Both the position numbers and the translations under genes were made by a program. Below are positions 14,001-24,527 of a DNA stretch of 64,000 nt, one piece after another. How positions within the stretch are numbered: the first letter of the stretch is position 1; the number at the start of each line of letters is the position of its first letter. Origin of the DNA: Selaginella moellendorffii. Lineage: Eukaryota > Plantae > Lycopodiophyta. The stretch lies in the NCBI RefSeq assembly GCF_000143415.4, contig NW_003314261.1, positions 2,553,266-2,617,265 of the forward strand, read 5' to 3'. The notes beneath the pieces are model-generated. The model ran no database searches. It saw only the letters and a list, made by a program, of their open reading frames with translations, and was not told the DNA's origin.

Positions 14001-15940
14001 TTCGGTGGTGCTTGCAGAGTTCGTTTCCACTACGGTCATCCTGACGTTTTTGATCGATTATTTCATATCACACGGGGTGGAATCAGCAAAGCCTCACGCG
14101 TTATAAATTTGAGCGAAGACATTTTTGCAGGTTTTATGTCTGTTTTTAACTTATCCGTTTCTGATCTTCATCTGTACAGGTTTCAACTCCACTTTGCGTC
14201 AAGGCAATGTGACTCATCATGAGTACATACAAGTTGGAAAAGGAAGGGACGTTGGACTGAACCAGATTTCGCTTTTTGAAGCTAAGGTGGCTAACGGGAA
14301 TGGAGAGCAAACTTTAAGCAGAGATGTTTACCGATTAGGACATCGATTTGATTTCTTTCGAATGATGTCCTGCTACTTCACAACCGTGGGATTCTACTAC
14401 AGCACTTTGGTAAGGCTCCAGTTCTCTTTATTCGTGGGTCTCTGAATTGTTCTTGCAGCTGGTTGTCTTCACAGTGTACGTCTTTTTGTACGGGAGGCTG
14501 TATCTAGCAGTAAGCGGGATGGAAAAATCCCTGATGCAGAGTGCGGACTTGAATAACGACATTCCTCTCCAAGCAGCTTTGGCTTCTCAGTCGCTGGTGC
14601 AGCTAGGTGCGCTGATGGCTTTGCCAATGGTGATGGAACTTGGACTCGAACGGGGATTCCGAAGTGCGTTCAGTGACTTCATTGTCATGCAGCTGCAGCT
14701 CGCCCCGGTTTTCTTCACATTCTCCCTTGGCACGAAGACTCATTACTATGGCCGAACTATCCTTCACGGCGGCGCGAAGTACAGGGGCACAGGAAGGTTT
14801 TTCGTTGTTCGTCACGAGAAGTTTGCCGAAAACTACAGATTATACTCGAGGAGCCACTTCACTAAAGGCTTGGAGTTACTGATGCTGCTTATTGTCTACA
14901 ACGTTTACGGTTCCTCGGCCAAAGGCACAGTAGCGTATCTGATCGTCACGTTTTCCATGTGGTTCCTGGTTGCAACTTGGCTGTTTGCGCCATTCTTGTT
15001 TAATCCATCGGGCTTCGAGTGGCAAAAGATCGTGGAAGACTGGGAAGACTGGAATAAGTGGATCAACAGTAAAGGCGGCCTCGGTGTTTCGGCAACTAAA
15101 AGCTGGGAGTCCTGGTGGGAGGAAGAGCAGGAGTATCTTAATCACACGGGCATTGAAGGGAGAATTTTGGAGATCATCTTGGCACTTCGATTCTTTCTCT
15201 ATCAGTATGGCCTCGTCTATCAACTGCACGTTACAGGCGGGTCAAAAAGCATTACAGTAAGTTTCCGGCTGTCTGGTGTCCACTTTGTTTATAATATGGC
15301 TGACTTCCTTCGAACTGCAGATATATGGTCTGTCCTGGCTGGTGATTGTGGCTGTTCTTACGGTGTTGAAGGTAAGCGACACATTTTTATAGTCTACGGG
15401 ATTTGTGCTCATTTGTTTTCTTCTGTCCTAGATTGTGTCCATGGGAAGGAAGAGATTTAGCGGGGATTTTCAGCTCATGTTTCGTCTGCTGAAAGCCCTG
15501 CTATTCATTGGATTTCTTTCGATCATTGTTGTTCTGTTCGTGGTGGTGGGTCTCACTGTTGGAGACATCTTCGCGAGCATTCTGGCGTTCATGCCAACTG
15601 GCTGGGCACTTCTGTTGGTAAGACGGCATTTAACTTTTTCGATTGTTAGACACTGACTTCTCACGTGTTGTTTGACCTCTCCCAGATTTTCATGGCAAGC
15701 AGGCCAGTGATTGTCAAGCTCGGCTTTTGGGATTCTATCCGGGCTCTGGCGCGGACCTACGAGTTTGTCATGGGCCTTGTGCTCTTCGCACCGGTAGCAG
15801 TCCTGGCGTGGTTTCCCTTCGTCTCGGAGTTCCAGACGCGCTTGCTCTTCAACCAAGCGTTCAGCAGGGGTCTCCAAATCTCACGCATTCTCGCGGGTAG
15901 GAAAGGGAAGAAATCCAACCAGGACAAGAGCACACACTAG
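8016..15940 (+). CDS. Callose synthase (1,3-beta-glucan synthase, GSL/CalS), many short exons
   Basis: DSEVVPSSL...LRVANDVE...[31 protein letters not shown]; [12 protein letters not shown]; [27 protein letters not shown]; [19 protein letters not shown]; [23 protein letters not shown]. Confidence 0.97.
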
Positions 15941-16553
15941 GAGGGGAACATACAACTCACACAACACGCAACGAAAGCTACGCGACACGGTTAGTCCGAG
16001 AGAGAGAGAGAGCGAGAGAATCTTGTATAGTATTCGTTCCATTTCGTGCGTAGAGGATTTAGTCAGCTCGATTATTCATGTGCTGACCTCTCCCTGTAGC
16101 TAAAGCGGGGAGTTCGCTGTAAGCGCTTTTATTATACGTGAGAAGAACAGAAGTTTTCCTTTGCACGAGCAAAGGCTTACGTTTTGGACAGTGACACTTG
16201 GATTCTACTCATCAAATGGTCAGAGTTTTCATTCCTTCGGTCGTACTCAGCTGTGAGGTGTTTTGGCATTGCAGGGACGCGAACGAGCACGAGCTATGCA
16301 AGTTGACAGTGACACGAGCTGCAAGTTGAGGATATCTTACCATTTTTTTCCACTCGCCCCGGCGCAAGCAAGCTTTCCTGGCGTACTTAAATGCTGGCTT
16401 TTGGGAGGAGACGAGATAACAGGGAGATGTGTTCCAGCTGATCGACCAGAGATAAAGAGAGGTGAGCGTTTCGCAGTGGAGGAGAACCAACGTGGGAGAG
16501 GAAGAATGAAGAGAAGGTCCAAGGATAACACGCGGAGAAGCTGGAAGGATGGA

Positions 16554-17075
16554 ATGGCCGGGCCAATTGTTCGTCTTCCTCCTCTTCGTCTTCGGCTTCT
16601 AGGACACCTCGTCCCTGCGCTGCTCGTCGTTCTTGTCCAGCTCCCAGCTCCACTCACAGCCTGGCCTCTCATCTATCCATCGCCGCCGCCACCACGTCCG
16701 CCAAAACGCTGTCATCCGCCTCCGCCGTGCGTCTGCCCCGCTTATCCGCCATATTCGCCTCATCCAGCTCCGCCGCTCGATCCCCCACTACCTCCGCCAC
16801 GATCTCCTCCATCGCCATCTCCACTTCCGGCTCCATCGCCATCACCAGTGTCTCCATTTCTGAATCCATACAGCACGACTCCGAGTGGCTATGGTGGCGA
16901 TCACGGGCTCAGTCTTGCACAAAAAGGTGGCATTGCTGCGGGAGCGGTTTGTGGTGCTCTCTTGGCCGCACTGTGCCTGGGTTTCTTGGTCAAGAGGAAA
17001 TACTACCATCGCCGCCATCCCCCTGGAAGCCAAATCCTGGAGCCTGCTGCTCCACCACCCGAGGAACCATGCTAG
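16554..17075 (+). CDS. Pro-rich single-pass membrane protein (signal peptide, extensin/AGP-like ectodomain, TM, short basic tail)
   Basis: Hydrophobic N-terminus LLGHLVPALLVVLVQLPAPLTA, SPPPP/PSP runs, TM GGIAAGAVCGALLAALCLGFLV followed by KRK. Confidence 0.7.
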   Translation: MAGPIVRLPPLRLRLLGHLVPALLVVLVQLPAPLTAWPLIYPSPPPPRPPKRCHPPPPCVCPAYPPYSPHPAPPLDPPLPPPRSPPSPSPLPAPSPSPVSPFLNPYSTTPSGYGGDHGLSLAQKGGIAAGAVCGALLAALCLGFLVKRKYYHRRHPPGSQILEPAAPPPEEPC

Positions 17076-17324
17076 TTTGAATATCTCTCCCCCTTCCTTT
17101 CTGCTTCCTTTCTAAATAAATCGAGCTCCAATCCAATGTACACTGTATGCTTTTGATTGGTGGTTGCGATTGTCAATTTCAAAATAAAAACATGCCTTCA
17201 AAGAAAAATAGGGCTATCTGCCCTAAATTTATGCAACCTTTTCGCGTTGCTTAAAACCAAAAAAGTTGACCGTTGACTGTTTCTTTTTAGGCCTTAAGTT
17301 TGCCACCGAGATGTCTGTACAAAA

Positions 17325-19283
17325 ATGACAGGTTCGAGAATGGATACGTACCAGTGGTTGCACCTTATACAGGCCTGCAAGGAGGTTTCCATGCTTGAGG
17401 AAACTGACTCTCGCATTAGGTCATCCTTGGGAGCTCCCGACACAGTAATCTACAACAGGCTGATTGAGCAGTATGGGAAGCTTGGAAGCCTAGATGGCGC
17501 TCGGAGAGCTTTCAACGACGTCAGAGAGAAGAACGGCTTCACTTGGGTGGTAATGCTGGTGGCTTGTGCCCGAAACGGGCATATGGAGGAGGCGCAGCGC
17601 GTGTTCGATCAGATGCCACGGAAGACGCCGGAGTCTTGGACAGCAATGCTAAATGCGTATGCCCGAGCTGGGCGTATCGGCAAAGCGAAGAAGATCTTCG
17701 ACGAGCTGCCTCACAGGGATTTGGTTTCGTGGACGTCCATGCTGACGGCTTATGCCCGCTGCGGATATGTGGACCAGGCGAGAGAGATCTTTGACCAAAT
17801 GCCAGTTTGGAACCTTGTTTCCTTTACGGCAATGCTCAGCGGGTATTCGCGAAACGCACAGACCGAGCAAGCGGTGGAACTCTTCTCCCAAATGCCAGAG
17901 CCGGATTTATTTGCGTGGACGACGATGCTAGCTTTACATGCTCAACAGGGACACGTCCATGAAGTAATGAAGATGTTTGAGGCGATGCCCTTGCGGGATC
18001 TGGTGGCGTGGTCTTGTCTCGTAGCGGCAAATGCAGGGATGGGCCTCGTCGAGCAGGCCAAACAAGTGTTCGATGCAATGCCGGAGTGGAGCCTTTTTTC
18101 CTGGAACTCGATGATAAGCATGTACGGACAGAATGGAAACTTGGAGGAGGCCAAGCGCTTGTTTGACGAGATGTTCCAGCGTGATGTGTTCTCCTGGACT
18201 TCTCTTCTTACAGCGTTCGCTCAAAGCGGGCAGATTGCTCTTGCACGGCAGACCTTCGAGACAATGCCGGAGTTTAGTCTCGTCTCGTGGAACTCCATGC
18301 TCGCTGCTTACGAGCAAAACGGAGACTTTGATCGTGCTAGAGAGATTTTCGACTCGATGCTACTGAGGGACTTGATTTCCTGGAACACCATGCTAGCCGC
18401 GACTGCTCATCATGGGCTCCTGCACCACACGAAGCTCCTGTTCGGCGGCATGCCATGCAGGGACTTGGTCTCGTGGACGACGATGGTGGCGGCTTTTGCA
18501 GAGAACGGGCAAGTGGAAGACGCAAAGGCAGCGCTGGATTCCATACCTGTGTGGAACTTATCATCAGTGAACTCCATGCTCACTGCGTTCGCGAGAGCCG
18601 GGCTCGCGAAGGACGCCAAGAGGATGTTTGATGCGATGAGGCACAAGAACATCGTCTCGTGGAACACGATGCTGGAGCTTTACGCACAGAACGGGTTCCA
18701 CAAAGAGCTTGCGCGCGTGTTTGAGGACATGCCCGAGCGGGACACAATCTCCTGGAACACAGCCATCTCGGCCTACGCACAGAGGGGCCACGCCGCTCAA
18801 GCAAAGAGACTCTTCGATCAAATGCCGGAGCGGAGCTCGGTTTCGTGGAGCTCAATGGTGGCACTCTACAGCTACCATGGCCGCTCCAGCCAAGCGTTTG
18901 TCACATTCGAGGAGATGAACTTGGAGGTGGCTCCTCGCGTCGACGAGGTTTGCTTTGTGTCTCTCATGGCTTCTTGCGGCCGAGAAGGCAGGACTCTGGC
19001 CGGGAAGAAGTGCTTTGTGTCGATGAAGGAAGACTTTGGGATCTCCCACACAAAGCACCACTACTGCTGCATGGTGGACTTGCTGGCCAGGGCGGGATAC
19101 TTGATCGACGCGCAAGAACTCGTGAGGGCCATGCCGTATCGTGCTACCGCGGTGGAGTGGCTTTGCTTGCTGTGTGCTTGCAACAGCCGCGGGAGTCTCA
19201 AGCACACCGCCGTGGAGATCAAGTCGGTACTGGAGCAAAACTTTGGATCCGCGTTTGTGGTGTTGGCAAACAAAACGATTTGA
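17325..19283 (+). CDS. PLS-class pentatricopeptide repeat protein with E domain (no DYW)
   Basis: 652 aa intronless ORF with ~31-aa repeats (A..IFD.MP.RDLVSW..ML.AYA..G), ending HYCCMVDLLARAG...MPY...WLCLL.AC. Confidence 0.93.
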   Translation: MTGSRMDTYQWLHLIQACKEVSMLEETDSRIRSSLGAPDTVIYNRLIEQYGKLGSLDGARRAFNDVREKNGFTWVVMLVACARNGHMEEAQRVFDQMPRKTPESWTAMLNAYARAGRIGKAKKIFDELPHRDLVSWTSMLTAYARCGYVDQAREIFDQMPVWNLVSFTAMLSGYSRNAQTEQAVELFSQMPEPDLFAWTTMLALHAQQGHVHEVMKMFEAMPLRDLVAWSCLVAANAGMGLVEQAKQVFDAMPEWSLFSWNSMISMYGQNGNLEEAKRLFDEMFQRDVFSWTSLLTAFAQSGQIALARQTFETMPEFSLVSWNSMLAAYEQNGDFDRAREIFDSMLLRDLISWNTMLAATAHHGLLHHTKLLFGGMPCRDLVSWTTMVAAFAENGQVEDAKAALDSIPVWNLSSVNSMLTAFARAGLAKDAKRMFDAMRHKNIVSWNTMLELYAQNGFHKELARVFEDMPERDTISWNTAISAYAQRGHAAQAKRLFDQMPERSSVSWSSMVALYSYHGRSSQAFVTFEEMNLEVAPRVDEVCFVSLMASCGREGRTLAGKKCFVSMKEDFGISHTKHHYCCMVDLLARAGYLIDAQELVRAMPYRATAVEWLCLLCACNSRGSLKHTAVEIKSVLEQNFGSAFVVLANKTI

Positions 19284-19384
19284 TCGCTGTAAATATCAAT
19301 CTTACTGATGTGTTCTCGCTATCAGTTTCATGGGCGAGGATCGACAGGACGATAGTTGGCATTGATTTTGATGAAATATATCAA

Positions 19385-19389
19385 GCGGG

Positions 19390-19430
<41 letters not shown>

Positions 19431-19457
19431 CCGCGTGTTCGATCCACGCTCACCGCA
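19385..19457 (+). tRNA. tRNA-Phe (GAA)
   Basis: GCGGGGATAGCTCAGTTGGGAGAGCGTCAGACTGAAGATCTGAAGGCCGCGTGTTCGATCCACGCTCACCGCA, 73 nt. Plant cytosolic tRNA-Phe sequence with A and B boxes; CAA immediately upstream. Confidence 0.97.
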
Positions 19458-19466
19458 CGTCTTTCG

Positions 19467-21089
19467 ATGGCATCTTCTCAAAAACTGGTTGAATCTTTTG
19501 CCACCATTTACCAACTTTCAAGTGAAAAACTAAAGTATGCACACAAACTTACAATGACAATGAATTTGGACGGTGAGACCGCAGGAAAGATTTTGGATCT
19601 CATCAGCACCTCTACCACCCTCGCCGACGCCCAGCACGTGCAATCCATCATCCATGCGCGTTTCTCCCCGCCGCCAACTTTCCTCCTCAACAAGCTCATC
19701 GAGCTCTTCGGCAAATGCGGCAGCGCCAAGCACGCCTCTGCCATCTTCACCGCCATGCACGACGACAGGAAAGACGCCTTCTCCTGGGACCTCATGCTCG
19801 TCGCCTTCTCGCGAAACGCCCATCTCAACCACGCCAAATCCCTCTTCGATCGCATGCCGCACCGCAACATCGTCTCCTGGAACTCGATGCTCGCGGCCTA
19901 CGCACAAAACGGGCATCTCCGCCGCGCCGCCTCGCTCTTTAACGAGATGCCGTACAGGGATCTCGTCTCTTATACAACGATTCTGTCAGCTTATGCTATT
20001 AGCGGGCATTTGGAGCTAACGAGACGTGTGTTTGACTCCATGCCGGTAAAGAATCTTGCAGGATATACCTCCATGCTGATAGTCCTTGCTAGCAAAGGTA
20101 AAGTTTGTGAGGCAAGGTTGGTTTTTGATTCTATGCCCATGCAAGATACCGTGGCCTGGACTTCTATGTTTGTGGCATATGCCCAAAACCGGCATTTTGA
20201 TAGCGCTAGAGCCTTGTTTGAAAACATGCCCGAGCAAGACTTAGTGTCTTGGAACTCAATGCTTTCAATGCTAGTCCTTACAAGTAACCTGGAATATTTG
20301 AAATACCTTTTTGACACCATGCCTCAGCGAGACATCATCTCTTGGACCAACTTGCTTACTGCATATGCCCAAGCCGGGCATCTCGAAGAATCGAAACGAA
20401 TCTTCGACGAGATGCCGGAGCACAACCTCGTGTCGTGGACGTCGATGATCTCTGCAAGCTCGCAAAACGGCAACTTGGTTGGAGCGAAACAAATCTTCGA
20501 CGACGTACCTCAGAGAGACGAAGTTATGTGGAACTCGATGCTCGCTGCTTACACCCAGAACGGGCACTTGATCCGAGCCTGCCACTTCTTTTGGGAGATG
20601 CCACAGCACGACTTTGTTTCCTGGAACTCGATGCTCGCAACGTACGCCCAGAACGGGCACGTCGTCGAGGCCAAGGCCATCTTCAACCGGATCAAACTCT
20701 TGAATCATTGCGACGATGTCTGCTTTCTCTCTATCCTGATAGCGTCCAGCCACGACGGAGACCTCTACACTGCCAGGTCCCATTTTGTGTCGATGAGCAT
20801 GGATTTCCGGCTGCAACAGACGAAGCAGCACTACACTTGCATGGTCGATTTGCTGGCTAGAGCCGGGCACCTCAACGAGGCACGGGAGCTCATGCTAACG
20901 ATGCCGTACCTCACGGATTCTGTCGACTGGAAGTGCTTCCTCGGTGCCTGCCGAAGTCACAGTGATATCCGGGGCGGTGGCCATGCTGCACAGCGCACGC
21001 TTGAGATGGACTCGAACAATGGATCGGCTTACTCGTTACTCGCTAACATCTACTCCATGCGTACGAGAGAGACTGGGGGAAGTTTATAG
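19467..21089 (+). CDS. PLS-class PPR protein with E domain (intact copy of the duplicated pair)
   Basis: 540 aa intronless ORF with PPR repeats and HYTCMVDLLARAG...WKCFLGACRSH...SAYSLLANIY. True start may be a downstream Met near 19554-19560. Confidence 0.92.
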   Translation: MASSQKLVESFATIYQLSSEKLKYAHKLTMTMNLDGETAGKILDLISTSTTLADAQHVQSIIHARFSPPPTFLLNKLIELFGKCGSAKHASAIFTAMHDDRKDAFSWDLMLVAFSRNAHLNHAKSLFDRMPHRNIVSWNSMLAAYAQNGHLRRAASLFNEMPYRDLVSYTTILSAYAISGHLELTRRVFDSMPVKNLAGYTSMLIVLASKGKVCEARLVFDSMPMQDTVAWTSMFVAYAQNRHFDSARALFENMPEQDLVSWNSMLSMLVLTSNLEYLKYLFDTMPQRDIISWTNLLTAYAQAGHLEESKRIFDEMPEHNLVSWTSMISASSQNGNLVGAKQIFDDVPQRDEVMWNSMLAAYTQNGHLIRACHFFWEMPQHDFVSWNSMLATYAQNGHVVEAKAIFNRIKLLNHCDDVCFLSILIASSHDGDLYTARSHFVSMSMDFRLQQTKQHYTCMVDLLARAGHLNEARELMLTMPYLTDSVDWKCFLGACRSHSDIRGGGHAAQRTLEMDSNNGSAYSLLANIYSMRTRETGGSL

Positions 21090-21102
21090 CCTTGTGCTGT
21101 CC

Positions 21103-22935
21103 TCAGCCAGTGGTGCCTTTGTTGAACAGCTCAAGTGTCAAGTTGGCTATAAAAACAGGTATCGATTTGAAGCCCAAAAATGTCGTCATCTGTGATTCAT
21201 TGTAAATATTGAATGACTTTAAAAACGACTCCCTCAGTTACCTGACGGTTGATTTCAGGCGAAGTTGTATAATCATTTGCCTTGCATCAAAAAGAGCGTT
21301 TTGAGAGGTCAACGACAGGCAAAAGCAAAAAGCATACCAGCATGTCCATTTTCTGTATACTGAAACTCAAGCTCTTGAGTAAACCGAACGGAGCTTGGAA
21401 CGTAACTGCGGAATTGAGCTTCTCTATCTGCAGTACCAAGTTAAATCAAAGAAACAAGTGTGGTGCATAAATCACCTCACCAAAGATCAAACCACACGCT
21501 GTCCTAAAAGTAAAAGCCTTTTCAGCAAACACTTGCATGTATCAAGCGAAGACAGTCAAGCGAAGTTATTCTAACCTGTTTTCACGTTTTTATGACGTAG
21601 AAATCTCCTGCTCTAGCACGCCCTCTTTGCCCGTCAGCATAGCAATCTTGTCCTTGCATTGATTTTTCCGGTGATTTCACCATAAGGATACGATTGAAAA
21701 CAGCTTGCTTGCGGTGAGTTTGATCCTTCCAAGACCAAAGTCTTGAGCTTGGACACTACAGAGACGTCTCACCCTTCTGTACCTGTTACCGTATGTTTGG
21801 TTATATTTGAGGCAAAAGTCAGAAAATAATACAGAAAGATTACCTTTCCTTCAAGGATTCCAACTTCTTGCCGTAATTGCAACGATTCGCGTTCCAAAGA
21901 TGAAATGGTAGATCGTGCAGCTTCACGGCTGAGAGTCTATCAGAAGCGACTTGAAGCTCCTTTGACGTTCCAATGCTTTCTTTCTCTATGACCTTGATCG
22001 TCTCCTGTGTCCTAGCTAAGAGACTTTCCAGCAAAAAACATCAACTTATCATTGACATTTTTTCCTAGTCGCTTCTTAGACTTCTCAGGAGTCGCAAGTA
22101 CAGATGTAGATGAAGCTGCCTTATGTTGTTGCAAAAGGAATGATTCCTCATCATCATATGAAGCAAGGATGGCTTTTACTCTGTAACCTGCCATCAACGC
22201 AGAGCCTTGAAAAAAACCACAACAAGAAATCAACGTGTCAGAATACCTGGCGTTCCAGGCGAGAGTTTCTTCCTCGAGCTTCTTCTGCATGTTCACGTAG
22301 CAGACGCGGATTCTTGTTTTTTTTCATCAGAGTCCTCCAGTGCGACTTGTAACTCCCCGACTTTAGCTTTACTGACCAGCAACTCCCTGAAATCAATAGA
22401 AAAACCTGGCAAATGTACCTCTGCAAGCTAACTAGCTTTTCTATTCAGGGATCTCATCTCGAGAGGCGTTTCCTGGGATGGCTTTGAGGGCATCCTCCCA
22501 AGCATTCAGATCGCATTCCAAAGCAGATATACATAGCTTGCTCTTCAAGCTCTCCATGTTGCACGAGCAAATAGGAAAGCTCCTCTGATACGCACTCGGT
22601 CTCCCGTCTGCATGCATCATTCTGAAGAAAATCGCACACAAGCCATTACAGCAAGCCAAAGATCCAAATAATTCACCTCAGCATTCATTTTAGACATGCT
22701 AAACTCGTTGTTCTCTCCCATCCCTTGTATGTTCCTTTCTAGACGACGAATTTCTTTAGCGGAGCTGTCACGTAAACTTGCAAGCTCGGTTTTCAGTGAG
22801 GAGACTTCGTTTTCCGCTTCCTTAGCTCTCGTCTCAGCCTCGGACTTTGATCGAATCTCTGCCTTTTCCTATGGACAACGATTCTAGAAACAAAGAAATC
22901 CAACTGCTTGCGAAATCTTATAGTGACTTCACTCC
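21103..22935 (-). pseudogene. Degenerate, 5'-truncated copy of MAD1
   Basis: Colinear with ~29853-32450 but carries many small deletions, lost exons and an inverted exon (21703-21805). Confidence 0.88.
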
Positions 22936-23589
22936 CGCTCTTTTCCACAGTACAACCTTCTAGTCCAGGGTCAATAATCCATATTTTCAATGGTCATTGC
23001 AACTTAACCACTTCTTGGAACATAACAGCTGGAATCCAGCTGATAGAAGTGGGATTACTAATCCTCCAAGAGGAGACAACCTTGCTAATTGACAAGTATA
23101 GTCATTCTTTTGTGTGGGATCACATACCAAAGTCTTAAATTTCTCAATTTCTGAAAGGATGCATGTGGTTATCCAACCGTAGGCATGTTTGTTTCCAGAT
23201 GAATTATACAGCAAATGTCATTTTGAGATTATAGTAGATTATATTCTCAATTCCATTCCAATAATTTTATCATGAAAACATTTTATAATGTGTTAGATTG
23301 TGAATTCTTCAAACACCTTTGACCTGCACTGAAAGTGAGGCCTTGGTAAATAAAATTGACTTAGATTGGTAGATGGACCTGCATACCGTATTGATATTAT
23401 TATCTATCATTCCATAAAGAATCACATGGATAGTTTCCTGTATCACAAAGCTTTAAGCAATATGCTAATCAAATCACTATTCATGTATATTTAAACATTA
23501 TATCAGTCCGAACTGATCAATTTAACTTTACCTTCTCTTCCACTAGACACAACAGCTAGAATCAAGCTGATAATAATACATGTGTTTGA

Positions 23590-23700
23590 GCCAAAAGGGA
23601 GCACATTGTACACAAAGATGCCCCAGGGGGTGAGAAATGCTGTTTTGTCACAGTTGGCTAGGTGAATCCTTCTTGGACAACTGGAGGCATGAAGCCACAA
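23590..23700 (-). mobile_element. Ty3/gypsy reverse transcriptase remnant
   Basis: CDKTAFLTPWGIFVYNVLPFG matches the gypsy RT motif KTAF.T..G.F.Y.VMPFG; no flanking LTR recognised. Confidence 0.6.
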
Positions 23701-24527
23701 TACAATGAATGCAAAATTATCACTCTTGGTCCCTCTAGTTTTCAGTGTTGCGTACCCACATCCTTTGCCATTGCCAAAGTTTGTATTCATTGGCATGGAA
23801 TCTACCCTAGCTTAAATATCACAATCTAGTGGAGTTGGCATTGGCAAAAGTAGGTTTTGCTTGGAAAGGAATGCCCATGCGGAAATCTCCCGTCCAGGAT
23901 GGGAACTCGCTCAAAATGGAGCTCGCAGCACTCAGCAGTCGCAGCCCATGGGCGGCGCTCCTAGGAGCCCACTGCGCCCCTAACACAGGGCGCCCATGGG
24001 AGTGGAGCTCGGAAGCTTGAAGTGCTGTAGACAGAGTGTCAGTGCCGCCATCAAGTATAGTGCCAAGAGAGGAGCCCACAGCACCCAAAAACAAGAGCTC
24101 GTAATGGGCGGCCCTCCAGCAGCGTGACCAGAGCTTGCCGAGCGGCACTCACAGCCCTTACGAATTGACAGTTGGACCTACATTATCACGTGCATGTTTG
24201 CTGCTTTGGTTTTGTTTACATAGTAAAGAAAGCGATTGTGTATCATCCAGCACTATCAGCAGTTCATTACAAATGTGCTTTGACAATGTCTTAACCATGG
24301 GGCTCGTGCACTAGTTAAACTTTACAAAAATATTGATGTGAGCCACGCGCATTGAATTTTGAAAGCAACCAATAATCTGCTTAATGTCAAGATCCAAACT
24401 CGTCAACTTGCCACAGAGGTTTGATTAAGAAACAAATATTGATTGAATATATAACATCAGAAGCGCCTTATCCTCTCCTCACCTCGCTACTTCATTCTGA
24501 GCAACTCATCAAAATCTTAGGTATTCC

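Noticed and set aside
23819-24148. Possible aspartic protease fragment (HYELL...GTILDGGT)
   Set aside because: Only a loose resemblance to the DSGT motif, with no further support.
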